NCBI GenBank assembly: GCA_964016885.1
Contig: OZ024740.1
Span: 294,624,001-294,688,000, forward strand
Direction of reading: 5' to 3'
DNA: 64,000 bases
From: Eledone cirrhosa
Taxonomy: Eukaryota
In this document: in pieces, positions 13,330-25,365 of the stretch
Position numbering within the stretch: position 1 is the first letter of the stretch
Layout of the letters: every line of letters starts with the position of its first letter
The notes under the pieces: model-generated
Told to the model about the DNA's origin: nothing
The model's input: only the letters and a program-made list of their open reading frames with translations
The model's database searches: none
Program-made: the position numbers and the translations under genes

Positions 13330-13800
13330 AATGGAAACACATTTTTTGGAGAATTTTCAATTCTTAATATGGTCATGAATCTTGGGTAATGACCAAAAGA
13401 AAACCATTGCGAATACAAGCGGCTGAAATGAGGTTTCCTCCAAAGGGTCTTTGGAGTAACATTACTCAATAGAGCGTGTGGCTTGAAGATAAGAGAGTCA
13501 CTCCAGGTAGAGCCGCTACTTCTCCAAATTGAGAGATCATAGCTCCAATACTAACAGACATATGGTTAGAATGTCTCAGGAAAGAATTGCTGGACAGATT
13601 TTACGGGCAAAACTAACCAGCAGGAGACCCAGAGTTTAACCCCGAGCAAGATGTTTGGATAACATTCATGAGCTTGGCTGGTCTCGCTTGGGGGTCCAGC
13701 CAGATCAGTGGAAATGGTTGTTTCTGACAGGGCCTGCTGGAAGAAGTGTTTCAGGAATCTGCCCCCACAACCCTTCCATGAATAAGTGGGCAAAGAAGAA
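13330..13800 (+). mobile_element. RTE-type LINE 3' fragment (second family, GAAGAA tail)
   Basis: Degenerate YGHESWVMT...IQAAEMRFL; homologous pieces at 17625-17755, 21105-21240(-), 42850-43110, 58880-59560. Confidence 0.75.
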
Positions 13801-14082
13801 AACTGTTGTACTCCAGAAAAGTCAGAGTTGACCTGTTCAAGAATTTATTAACTTTTAACATTCTGAAGTGGTTTAATAGAAAATATCTTAAAATGGGTTT
13901 GTTAATTCAAATATTTATAGTATCTTTACTAGTGGACAGATTGTTGTGAAAATTTACAATATTAGAAATAAAGACTTTAATTTTTAATGTAATGCAGTCA
14001 TAGTTCTGTTTTATACTTTTCAAGAATGTCTTTTCTAATACAATTTGATGAAATTAATATTTTCTTTGTTTTTATTTGATAG

Positions 14083-14147
14083 TTAAAATGGACAGAACCC
14101 AAAGAAGAAGAATTAGTTCAATTTATGGTTGAAGAAAAACAATTCAA
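14083..14147 (+). CDS. FEN1: FEN1 exon (LKWTEPKEEELVQFMVEEKQFN)
   Basis: TAG acceptor / GTAAAT; matches '[22 protein letters not shown]'; phase 2. Confidence 0.93.
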
Positions 14148-16189
14148 GTAAATATGTTTGTGTTTCTAGTATCTGCTTTCATAAAATACAGTATTAAATT
14201 TGGCATGGGTTGGCAGAATCGGTAGGACCCCAGAAAAATGCTTTGCAGTGTTTCTTCTGTTTCTTTACATTCTGAATTCAAATGCCTTTTATCCTTCCAG
14301 GGTTGATAAAACAAAGTACTAGTCAAATACTTGGGCCAATGCAATCGACTTTCCCTTTCTCACAGAATTGTTGGCCTAAATTAGAAATTATCAACCTTTT
14401 AGTTGGATCTTTTAAGAAAACACCACCAAAACTGTAGACTTATAGATGATGTGGGTTTTCATTTAATCCTTTGAACCCTACAATTTAAATATCCTTGCAG
14501 ACCCATAAGCTCAAATATCAGAATAAACTATGTTTTTGTGCCAATACAACTGCCTTATCAACATTTCTATACAATTTTTAACAGCGTAGTTGTTACTTAA
14601 TGCCATATTTCTAGTGAAAGACATTATCTATGGTTTTCAAATGATTTAATAATTTTTTAAATAATCAAGAATTTGGAGAGATTTAGTAATCTGATTAACT
14701 TTCTCATATACTAAAATTGCAGTCTGAAAGTCACTAATAAGAATTGGAAGATATTTTTCAGTTGGTCATTATAAAGTTTTATAAGGAAACAAACAGTCTC
14801 AAGATATCCTTTGGTTGTCTGTCGAGACATCATCATCATTTAATGTCTGCTTTCCTTGCTACCAAGGGTTGTATGGGTAGGTCTACACAGACTAAGTCAG
14901 TACAGAAGAGGAGCCACTGATCTCCCTGGAAGGCCAGTGATCTATGTCTTATTTTATGTACAGTCGATGCTCTACCGAGTGCACTGAGGTTGTCATGTCT
15001 TTGACTCAGCTGACAGTCCTCACAATCCTTTTGTTTGGCAAGCTTTCTACAACTAGATGCCCTTCCTATCACCAACCACTTTACAGCATGTACTGATTGC
15101 GATTATCGTGTAGGTCACCAAACACTAAGGAGACTCATGTCCTTGACATGACTGAAGGGTCCTCCTAACCCCTTGTTTGTTTAGCCCTCCACAGCTGAAT
15201 GCCCTTCCCATCACCAACCACTTCACAGAGTGGGGTGCATGTGTGGTGGAGTTGAAGTAGTGACGTTGGGGAGTGCTAGTGGAGGCAGAGGGTCATAGGG
15301 GTAGGTCAGGTTACATTGTATGCTGCAGGTTGGGTCTTCCTCAGCACTGCATAGCACCAGCCCCTGCGATCTTTTGTCATTTCTGTTGTGAGGTTTAGTA
15401 TTTTATTTTCGAGATTTGTTATTGGGGTACATTAGACGAAAACTAATTATAAACTGTGGAGATATTATAACCCCCCTCCACTCCCATCAATGCTGGTGTC
15501 GCAATATATATGCATCCAAGCCACTCTGTAAAGTGGAAATGTTGGTAGCATGCCAAAAAGTACCCAATACACTCTGTAAAGTGGTAGTGCTGGAGTCACG
15601 TTAAAATATTTCCAGTACACGCTATAAAATAGAAACCAAGCCCAAAACAGAGCCTATGAACCAGACATGCTCACCTGACTGATCTACCCTCTGTATATGA
15701 CAACCCATCGATGGAAAATAGATGTTAAACAGCAATGATGATGTTTTGTGATTTTAATACAACATATTAAGCTATGAAGTTATATTTAACTCTTAACCCT
15801 TTAGCATTTAAACCAGCCATATCCGACCAGAATTCTCTCACCTCTTTCTGGTCAAACCGGCCGCTCATACTGATATTAAAGTATTGTTCTCAAAATAAAT
15901 ATCAAAATCTCTTAGATTCAATATTTTGTGAGATAAAGCCTTTGCCACAAAAATACAATAGTAAATATAGAGTAATGTAAATGCTAAATGAAATCACATT
16001 AGCAAAATGGTCTTGAAGCAAAATACAAAACAACACTATCTTCACATTAAAAAATTAGTCTTTATTCAAATATTGCAATTTTTTACAAAAGATACTATAA
16101 ATATTTGAATTAACTTATTTTTAGATATTTTTTACTAAATTTTTACATGATGTTTAGAGTTAAATATTTTTTGTTTTTTTCTCATTTAG

Positions 16190-16304
16190 TGAGGAAAGAA
16201 TCAGAAATGGCATAAAAAAACTGAAGAAGGCTCGCCAAGGTTCAACACAGGGAAGATTAGATAATTTCTTTCAAGTGACGTCAGTAACTTCAACAAAACG
16301 AAAG
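16190..16304 (+). CDS. FEN1: FEN1 exon with PCNA-interacting PIP box ([38 protein letters not shown])
   Basis: TTTAG / GTATCT; QGRLDNFF at 16248-16271 is the canonical FEN1 PIP box. Confidence 0.96.
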
Positions 16305-18040
16305 GTATCTATTGTTCACTGCATTGAACCATTTTTTACCTAACTCTTTCATTTCTAATGAAAAACACTGCCCTTAATTTTCAAATAATTTTGAAAAAGT
16401 CTAGAATTTGTAGATGTTTAATATCATAATAGGCGAATTGGTAGATTTGTTAGAATGTCAGATAGAATGCTTTGCGGTATTTGTTCTGGCTCTCACCACT
16501 CTGAGTTCCCGCTGAAGTCAACTTTGCTTTTTTTCCTTTCGATGTTGATAATAAAAAAAGTACTAGTCTAGTACTGGGGTCAATTCTTCCTCTATATTTT
16601 TCTCACTTCCTCTTTCCTTCAATACTGGAGTTGTTTCTTCTTCTCTATCTTTCTCACTTCCTCTCTCCTACAATTTCCTTCAATACTGGGGTTTTTTCTT
16701 CCTCTATATCTCTTTCTCATTCCCTCTCTCTCTCCTTACTGGGGTTGTTTTTTCCTCTCCTTTTCATTCTCTGGAAGAAATCTGCTATGTTCAAACCTGG
16801 AGAGGGGATGGACTCTGCTAGACATTAAAAAATGCCCAATAAGTGCTGTATGATACTATGGCATCCTTACAACTCCACCAGGAGTTAGGGTTCATACAAT
16901 AACATAAATTTATTATTAAGCTGGAGTTTAGAACAAAAGTTCTTAGAATTATGGTGGAAGGTTTTTAAATAAATATATATATAAACAATTTTGTATCATA
17001 GAACAAGGGTGGTTTGGTATCAAAAGATTTTACCTTTTTGTGACCTTATTTCTATATGTTACAATAGATTTTGAAAATAATTAAGAATTAGGAACAATTT
17101 AACTAGAATTTTTTTTTTATTATTATACTAATTATATTAATTCTGATATAAAGTATAATATATCTTAAAATGTTCTTACATAGAATTATAGTGGAAGGTT
17201 TTTAATTTAAACATGAACACTTTAAAATAGAGGGTTTTGTATATTAGAACCAAAGCCGGCTTCAGATGGGTCGGTGTCGGAATGGTTAAAGATTACATTT
17301 CAAGAAAATTCCCATTTGGAGTAAATAGATTCCTACAGCTAAATAAAGACAGCATAATTGAAGTATGAAACCATAAACCTTGAGGTTTCTGTACAAGATC
17401 CACTTGAATTCTTAACATACTGGACTTCGTAGTTGTAGATTGCAAAGTTTATATAACAATCTTTATTCTGTGTCTTTCAAATCTAATGTATAATTTACAA
17501 TTTTCTCTAACTCTTTTAAAACCAATCCACCCAAAACAGTTATGTGAAATAAAACAACACATTTTAAAGAATTCCTATTTAAATTAAAACCTTCCAACAT
17601 AATTTGATATTAGAAACTTTTGAGCTTGGCTGGTCTCACTTGGAGACCCAGCCAGATCAGTTGGAGACAGTTGCTTATGACTGGACCCACTGGAAGGAGT
17701 GTTTGAGGACTCTGCTCCAACGACCCTATGAGGAATAAGTGGGCAAAGAAGAAACCTTCGTTATGTTACAAATACCATCTTATTAATGAAATAATTTTAG
17801 TGAATTCCTCCAAATGTTTCATTTAATTAATTGAGAAATAGTGTATTTCATAAGAAATGTTGTAATGAAACAGTTAGTGCATTTAGAATGTTAGAAATGT
17901 TATTTAACCCCTAAGTTAATTCTGATATAAAGTATAATATATCAGGAAACAATGTAAGGCAGTAGGGATTTGGTTGATATTTTTAGTGGGTTGGGTGACA
18001 GGTAGAGTTTACTTTGTTGTGATACTGTATAGTAAGAATA

Positions 18041-18653
18041 TCTATATATATATATATAACTGAGGATGTCTGTCTGTCTGAGTTTGAATCCCTAAAACTT
18101 GAGAAGTACCCAACCGACTTTTTTCAAACTTTACATGTGTATTATGTTTCAGGGAGTGTTATGCACATAAAAAAATTCAACTTTTTGATCCCCTAGGGCC
18201 CGCATTAGGTGAAAAACTGCATTTTTTCAGCTTTTTAGGTTTTTTTTAAGGCATTACGTCAGACCAATTTCCTTGAAATTGTAACTATGTATTAGTCAGT
18301 CTCTTCTTCATACCGTGAGCAAAGAAAATCCAACTTTTTTTATGGCCTAGGGTCCACATTAGGTGAAAAACTTCATTTTTGAGGCATTACGTCTAGCCGA
18401 TTTTCCCGAAATTTCAAGGTATATTATGCACATAAAGAAATTCATTTTCTTGATCCCCTAGGGCTCACATTAGGTGAAAACCTGCATTTTTCCTGCTTCA
18501 TCGAGGAAAATCTTAAAGATTATCCAGCCATCAGAGTATTCGGTTTATTTTCTTTACATATTGTCCAGGCATGCAGTTTTTCCACGATTAGGTCTGTTGG
18601 CAGCCCGCGTTCCAAAATACTTTATCCCGTGCAACGCTGGGTACCACTGCTAG
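18041..18653 (+). mobile_element. Non-autonomous Helitron-type element
   Basis: 5' TC, (TA)n/(GTCT)n near the start, 3' hairpin CCCGTGCAACGCTGGG then CTAG; inserted between A|T of a minisatellite unit (TATAGTAAGAATA|TAGGTAATAAAA) with no TSD; about three internal subrepeats. Confidence 0.85.
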
Positions 18654-19660
18654 TAGGTAATAAAACAGGACTATATCTTTACATACAATATAGTAGGAAT
18701 ATAGACAATAAAATTGAAGTATCTTTACATACTATATAGTATGAATATAGGTAATAAAATTGTAGTATCTTTACATATATAGTAGGAATATGGGTAATAA
18801 AACAGGACTATATCTTTACATACTATATAGTAGGAATATAGACAATAAAATTGAAGTATCTTTACATAGGTAATAAAATTGGACTATACAGTAGGAATAT
18901 AGGCAATAAAATTTGAGTATCTTGACATACAATGTAGTACAGGGGTCGACAACCTTTTGGGGTGTCTGGACCACATTGCTATGCAATGTCTCGTCAGCAG
19001 GCCACACAGCTATGCAGTTTCCCGCCAGCAGGCCACACAGCTATGCAGTTTCTCGCCAGCAGGCCACACAGCTATGCAGTTTCTTGCCAGCAGGCCTTGA
19101 TATCAAAATTCAATAAATTTACTCAACCTCAGACTGCTCTGTCCAGAAGGCTCAAATGAAATAACTATGCCAGACATGCTGACCTTTTTAGGTAAGTCTG
19201 GGTCATTCCACATCCCTGCCATACACATACTATGTATGCACATATATACACAAGTACACACACAGTCCTGTTGACCTCAATGTCTGAGTTTGATTGTTAT
19301 TGTCACGCAAAAAAATTATGTTCAGCTAAGTGAATCTTGTGGCTAGACATGTTCTCTAGTCGGTATTCTAATCCCAAATAATTCAGAGCACTTTTTCAGG
19401 GATCACTTAGCCTAAGATTGAAACCTTTTGGCAGGTCAGACAAAAGTTGCTGGATGTGACCCACAGGCCAGGGGTTGCTGACTCCTGATATAGTAGGAAT
19501 ATAGGCCATAAAATTGGAGTACCTTTACATACTATATAGTAGGAATATAGGTAATAAAATTGGAGTACCTTTACATACTATATAGTAGGAATATAGGCCA
19601 TAAAATTGGAGTACCTTTACATACTATATAGTAGGAATATAGGTAATAAAATTGGAGTAT
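18654..19660. repeat. ~46-bp minisatellite (ATACTATATAGTAGGAATATAGGTAATAAAATTGGAGTATCTTTAC) interrupted by a hAT MITE
   Basis: Units at 18654-18939 and 19488-19660. Confidence 0.88.
18940..19487. mobile_element. hAT-type non-autonomous element
   Basis: TIRs CAGGGGTCGACAACC / GGTTGCTGACTCCTG; 8-bp TSD ATGTAGTA (18932) / ATATAGTA (19488); internal 31-bp tandem. Confidence 0.85.
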
Positions 19661-20375
19661 CTGCAGCTGTTGCAGAGGTCAAAATTTGGTCGAATTCTTC
19701 TGATGAACTTGGGGAACAGATTCTTACAAATGAAGTGAAACAAAAAGAGGCAGTTGTTTGGGACTTTCAGTGCTTATGGAGAATGCTTGATTGTGTATGT
19801 ATGTGCCTGTAACTCCTGATGGAGCCATAGAGGGACTGTGATGACATGCTGTATGTTTTGGGCATGGCAGAACCCTTCCCTCTCCAGGTCTGAACATAGT
19901 AAATATTTTTCAGAGAAAAAATATATAAGAAAAATTGACTTCAATACTGAACTGATACTTTTTTATCCACCTTGAAAGGATGAAAGGCAAAGTTGACTGT
20001 AGCAGGATTTTTAACTCAGAGCGTAGCAAGCCAGAATGAATGCTCAAAGTATTCCATCTGACGTTCTAACGTCTGCCAATTTGTTACCCACCTTGTAGTA
20101 GTAATAAAACAAAAGCTTGGAGTAAAATAATTAGACAAGACCTAGTATTAGATCTAATAGAAGACAGTTGATTAGATGTAATGTGTAAAGCCATTCCACT
20201 TGATCTAGACTACAGTTCAATGATAATGTTTTGAATTTATATTGCTCCTCCAAGATTCCTATTGTCATCATGTAATATCTTTTTGAATTTAATTTCATCA
20301 AAATATTTATTATTTATTTCGTTTCTGAATTTGTTTAGCAAGATTCTTTATCTGAAATCGTGTGTTGAAACCGAT

Positions 20376-20896
20376 ATTGTTATACTTTGGGAGGGTCATG
20401 TTGCCAATAAGAAACACACGCACCAGTTGCTTTCACTTCAATTTAATTTAATATATATTTATAAATTTACAAATTTATAAATTTCTGGTTGGTTGGTTGG
20501 TTGGTTCCACAACCAGATAGTTGTTTATATATATATAGTCATAGTTCTTTCGTCACACACTCTGTGACCTCTTCAGTGACTGGGGATTTCTTTCTTCGTT
20601 TCTGTGCCTTTCCTTTCTTCTATCCTACGCCATTTTTCAAAAATGGCGTAGGATAGAAGAAAGGAAAGGCACAGAAACGAAGAAAGAAATCCCCAGTCAC
20701 TGAAGAGGTCACAGAGTGTGTGACGAAAGAACTATGACTATATATATATAAACAACTATCTGGTTGTGGAACCAACCAACCAACCAGAAATTTATAAATT
20801 TGTAAATTTATAAATATATATTAAATTAAATTGAAGTGAAAGCAACTGGTGCGTGTGTTTCTTATTGGCAACATGACCCTCCCAAAGTATAACAAT
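20376..20896. mobile_element. 521-bp foldback palindrome carrying a hammerhead motif in each arm; probable Penelope-like inverted pLTR insertion
   Basis: Arms are reverse complements around C20638 (GCCATTTTT-C-AAAAATGGC); the only difference seen is one GGTT unit. Confidence 0.85.
20695..20739 (+). ncRNA. Minimal type I hammerhead ribozyme motif (mirror copy on - strand at 20537-20581)
   Basis: AGUCA-CUGAAGA-G-GUCACA(GAGUG)UGUGAC-GAA-AGAACU-A/UGACU: 5-bp stem I, intact core, 6-bp stem II, rudimentary stem III, CUA cleavage triplet. Confidence 0.8.
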
Positions 20897-20940
20897 TTAT
20901 TATTTAATTTCCTTTAATATCTTTATAATTCAATTTTCAG

Positions 20941-21003
20941 TCTGATGACATGAAGGGTGATAAAAAGAAAGCCAAAAACAAAAGTTTAAAAAAACGAAAA
21001 TAA
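20941..21003 (+). CDS. FEN1: FEN1 terminal exon (SDDMKGDKKKAKNKSLKKRK*), basic NLS tail
   Basis: TTTTCAG acceptor, phase 0, lysine-rich tail like FEN1 'KGSTKKKAK...KFKRGK', TAA stop. Confidence 0.88.
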   Translation, partial: SDDMKGDKKKAKNKSLKKRK

Positions 21004-21040
21004 ATGAAATTTGAAAGAATCAAAATTTTTTAACACTTCT

Positions 21041-21050
21041 AATAAATAAA
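21041..21050 (+). promoter_or_regulatory. Candidate FEN1 polyadenylation signal (overlapping AATAAA x2)
   Basis: AATAAATAAA 38 nt after the stop, followed by a T/GT-rich tract. Confidence 0.6.
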
Positions 21051-23214
21051 ATACCAGTTTTTACGAATTTTTTGTTGTCATTATTTGATTTCAACTTTCT
21101 GAGAAGGTCATGGGGGAAGAGTCTCAAACACTGTTTCCAGCAGGTCCTGTCAGAAGCAACCTTTGGATCCCCAAGTGTGACCAGCTGAGCTCATGGATGT
21201 AATCCAACAATCTTGCTCAGAGTCTACCTGCCAGTTTTGTATCAAAATGTTGGTGATATTTATTTTTCTTGAATTGCAGCAAATATTGTTGTTTAGCTAC
21301 AGATCAGCACTGATTTCCCAAGACTGTTATCTAATCTGACCATTTAAACTGGCCAGAATTCTGTCACCTCATTCTGTTCAAATAGACTATAACCGTCCAC
21401 TCATACCAACATTAAGGTATTGTTCTCAAAATAAATGTCAAAATCTCAGATTCGATATTATGTGAGATAAAGCTTTTACCATGAACGCACAATAGTAAAC
21501 CAATGCTAGTGTGGAAGGTAGACGTTAAATGATTAGAGTAATGTAAATGCTAAAGACAATTAGGTTTAATTTGAGGGGGATTTACTATTGTTTCTGGCAG
21601 GTTGAATGACCAGGTACATCCAACATTGACTGATATATTTCTATTTCTTAAGTTAAACCCCAATCAGTCTTATATGGATATAAATTAACAATCATTTTCA
21701 GGCCATTTCCTTTGCTAAAGCAAGGGTTAGCTTTGTGGAGCCCATGACAAGCTTCTACATTTTTTCTTGACTACCCTGTCTTTCATTCACTCCTTCTTGC
21801 ATGTCTTTCTTAGTTTCCCCCTTCCTCTAATTCCTTCTATATTCATTTCTATCATTCCTTTCATCTTTCCTCAACCATCTTATTCCATTTCTCTTCACAG
21901 TATTCATCATCTGCAATTCTGTCTCAGCAACACACACTTCCACTCGACCATTCTCATTTTGGTTCTTTCCTGAGATAATGTTCACCAATAACTTTCCAAT
22001 CATCAGTTTGACTATTGTCAACCATTCAATCACTGTAGTTACACCCATCACACTGTACAAACTTTACAGAAATCAAGACACTCTTGTATTTCTGTCCTTG
22101 TCTTTCTCTTACTATTCTTAAACCATTTCCTTTCCATCTTGTCTCCTACACACAACATATGTCCACTCTTCTATTCGGTGCCTCCACCACTTCTGATCTC
22201 CATGAATGTAATTTAACAAACATTAACATTATCAATAATCGTACAGTACAACACAAAAGAACATACAAAATGTTCCTTCAACAAGTTATATTGTTACTCG
22301 AAGTCCATTTATAATAATCCACTAATAGGAGAACACAAGAGCACTGCAATCATATGGCGAACAATACAATCTAACTTCAAGTGGTTGTTTATATGAGCAA
22401 TGAACAGATCCCATCTTGGGATTCTCATATTTTGTCTGGCATTGTCAGAGTTTTTAGGTCATCTCTTTTATCAATTTTGTGATCTTTCAGTGTTGGTGAG
22501 TATCCTGAGGTCACTTCTTAATTTTACTGATAAAGTTGTTCTTGGTCTTACCTTTATCTGATTTATATCCAAAAAGAAAATGTTATTTCCTTCAAAGAAC
22601 TATTTCAATGTTAATGACCATACTCAAAAGTATAGAGTAAACTGGAGCAATGTGAAATAAAGTGTGTTGTTTCCTTTCACATTGCTCCAGTTTACTCAGC
22701 TGTAGAAATGAGATGATAGGGACTGGGGTCCATATCATTCCACTGCAAAGTGGTCGTGGAGGTGCCACGGTAAAAAAGCACCCAACACACACTGTAAATG
22801 AAGTTGGTGTTAGGAAGGGCATCCAGCTGTAGAAATCAAGCCAAAATCAGTTCCCGTCCCACCCTTGCAAGCAGACGTAAAATGATAGAAAATACGAAAA
22901 TATTCCTTGTTTGTAGGGATATTTATATCTTATCTAGTTACTCCTATTTAACCTGTTTATTTTTTATCGGGTAGCGTATGTTGAAATACTCAAAATCCTA
23001 TATCACCCACCATTTTCTGTACAGTTGAAATCAACCAGGCTGAGAAACGCTGATTTAAATTAAAATCTTCCAGTGCAATTTTAATACAAGAACCATTTAA
23101 GTTAATTTACAAATATTAGTCTTAATAACTTTAGTAAATACCTCCAATTCTATATTAATTCAAATATAATATATTTCATTAGAAATATTGTAATGAAAAG
23201 GTTAATCCTTCATC

Positions 23215-23495
23215 TACACAGTCAATGTTACCTCACTACTTTAACTGTATGTCACTTTTGCAATATATTTTATATAAGCAAGATTGGCCACAATCTGAGT
23301 GATCGTTTCTGAGAACACTTCACTGTCTGAAACAAAGCAACAGGAATCTTCCAACCAGTAGCCTTTCACTTCAACTCACTTAGCCATCCCTTATTCTGTG
23401 GAATACTCCAGAACCAGTGTTGTGGAGACCTGCCATCTCAAGGAGCAATGACTCATTCCAACTTGGGACTTTCTGTACTCTATGCTATGAACTTC
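23215..23495 (+). pseudogene. Decayed GIY-YIG endonuclease of a Penelope-like retroelement
   Basis: Translates to ...CHFCNIFYISKIGHNLSDRF*EHF...QPVAFHFNSLSH, matching the PLE pattern CxxC-xx-YIGETGRxLxxRFxEH...PVAxHFN; contains stops. Confidence 0.72.
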
Positions 23496-24060
23496 CTTTC
23501 ATTCTGCAAACAACAACATAGATGGGGAATTTGGTGAATAATCAATAGAAAAACAAAACAAAGATTGCGTGAATTGAGATATTTTTAATTCTCGTTGTTT
23601 GACAATTCCGAAGTATTTACATTTTTACACAATTTCCATTAATAGAGCAGTAATGTTTGTATGAAATAATATTTCTATTTTTTTTAATAAACGTTTATAA
23701 AAATAAAAATAATTACAATTCCAAAAATTCTAATAAAAATTCACCAGGTTTTTTTTTTTTGTCGGAATGAAAATCACATTAAAAAAATTGCTTTCAGACT
23801 AAGAAAATTTATCCAATTTGTAGAAAGCATAGGAAAATATTTTTTAATTGCCCCAGGTTTAAAAATTAACCATTTTCAGTCTTTCTATAGCTAAATTATG
23901 AACATTGAACATATGAAAAAAAAAAAAGATTTTTTTTATGGAAAGGGGCATCAAATATGGATGTGATTAATATATCTTATTGCAAATATCAACTCATTAG
24001 TCTTAAATTTTCAACAGATGATGGATTTTAAGTTGTAAATGCATTTAATAATCGTATGAT

Positions 24061-24407
24061 TTACAGAATTTTTCTATCTAGCATGGCCTGAAGTTGTTCT
24101 GGAATTGGAGCACCTTTCTGAAGAAATAAACTTCTACACAATTTAAGTTCTTGAACTAAGGTTTTAATATGTTCTTCTAGCTGTTTGTTTTCTTCTTTGA
24201 GCTGAGAGACACGTTTTTGAGTTGTGTCTCGCAATGATTTAGCTTTGATTCTACTTTTACGTACAGCAATATTGTTTCGTTCACGTTTACTTTTATATTC
24301 ATGATTATTGGGTGTGGTATTATCATCTCCTAAATCTTGTAGACTTTCAGTCTCTGAACTTTTTAAATTACACACATCTCCTTCATTTATAGTTAATAAA
24401 GCGTTAT
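24061..24407 (-). CDS. CEBPG: C/EBP-gamma-like bZIP transcription factor, exon 2 (basic region + leucine zipper)
   Basis: EYKSKRERNNIAVRKSRIKAK...RVSQLKEENKQLEEHIKTLVQEL...LFL closely follows C/EBP-gamma; polypyrimidine + CAG acceptor at 24410-24408; TAA stop at 24063-24061. Confidence 0.88.
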
Positions 24408-25094
24408 CTGAAAAGAAAAAAAAAATTAGATTTAGTTATAATCGCCTAAATATGAGATTAACATGAGTATTGTTTCATAATGTAATTAAGAATAAGTATT
24501 GTTTATAATTAATCACCCGCGGTAATGCTGCGAACGTGTTGGTTTGCCTCAAAATTACCGTTGACTCTTGTGATATGGTGTATGACCGATTGTCGCACTT
24601 GGTGGTGAATTGATGGTTTTGGTGTTTTTTTTCTTTCTCTCTCGCTTTGATCATATATTTTGTGCGTTCCATGTGTAAGGTCCCAAGCAATAATTAATTG
24701 TATTTATAATAAGTGTTTATATTTTCATTCTGTAAGAACTCTAAACAATGAGTAATCTGATTTATACAACTGTGAACTTCAAAATTCCTAAACATAATTC
24801 GACTTTTTTTTATCATTTGTTGATAGAGGAACAAAATTCTCGCTACTGAGTTAGTTGACAGGGAGGGTAATAAGAGACTCAAAAGATATTCGACATTATA
24901 AACAGGATCTTAATAATCCGAAAAATTATAATCTGCGACGAAAAAAAACAAAACAATAATTACGTTTGTTTTTTCTAGCTATTGGTATAAAAACCGATAA
25001 TTTTTTTTTTTTAATTATTATACCTTCAAAACCTTAAACTAATCTCTTTTTGTTGAATGTGAAGAGAAGTGGAACATGTTGAAAACTTTCAGCA

Positions 25095-25365
25095 AAATTG
25101 CATCATTTGTGTGGAGAAGGGAGCTGTGAAATGTTAGTCGTGTGTTGACAATCAGCAATTTTCCAGTGTAACTTTATATAACTTTATGCTTTACAGCTAA
25201 AAACCTATTAGAAATATATTATTCCTTTTACTTTACACCCGTTAAACTGATACATTTTTAGTTGTAAAAATAAAGTTATATAAAATTACTCTGGAAAATT
25301 GCTGGTTTGTCAACACACGACTAACAGTTCATCCCCACCCTTTTCTCACACAAATGATGCAATTT
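25095..25365. mobile_element. Inverted-repeat (MITE-like) element in the CEBPG intron, ~100-bp imperfect arms
   Basis: AAATTGCATCATTTGTG...GTTAGTCGTGTGTTGACAA...CAGCAATTTTCCAG is mirrored by CTGGAAAATTGCTG...TTGTCAACACACGACTAAC...CACAAATGATGCAATTT. Confidence 0.85.
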
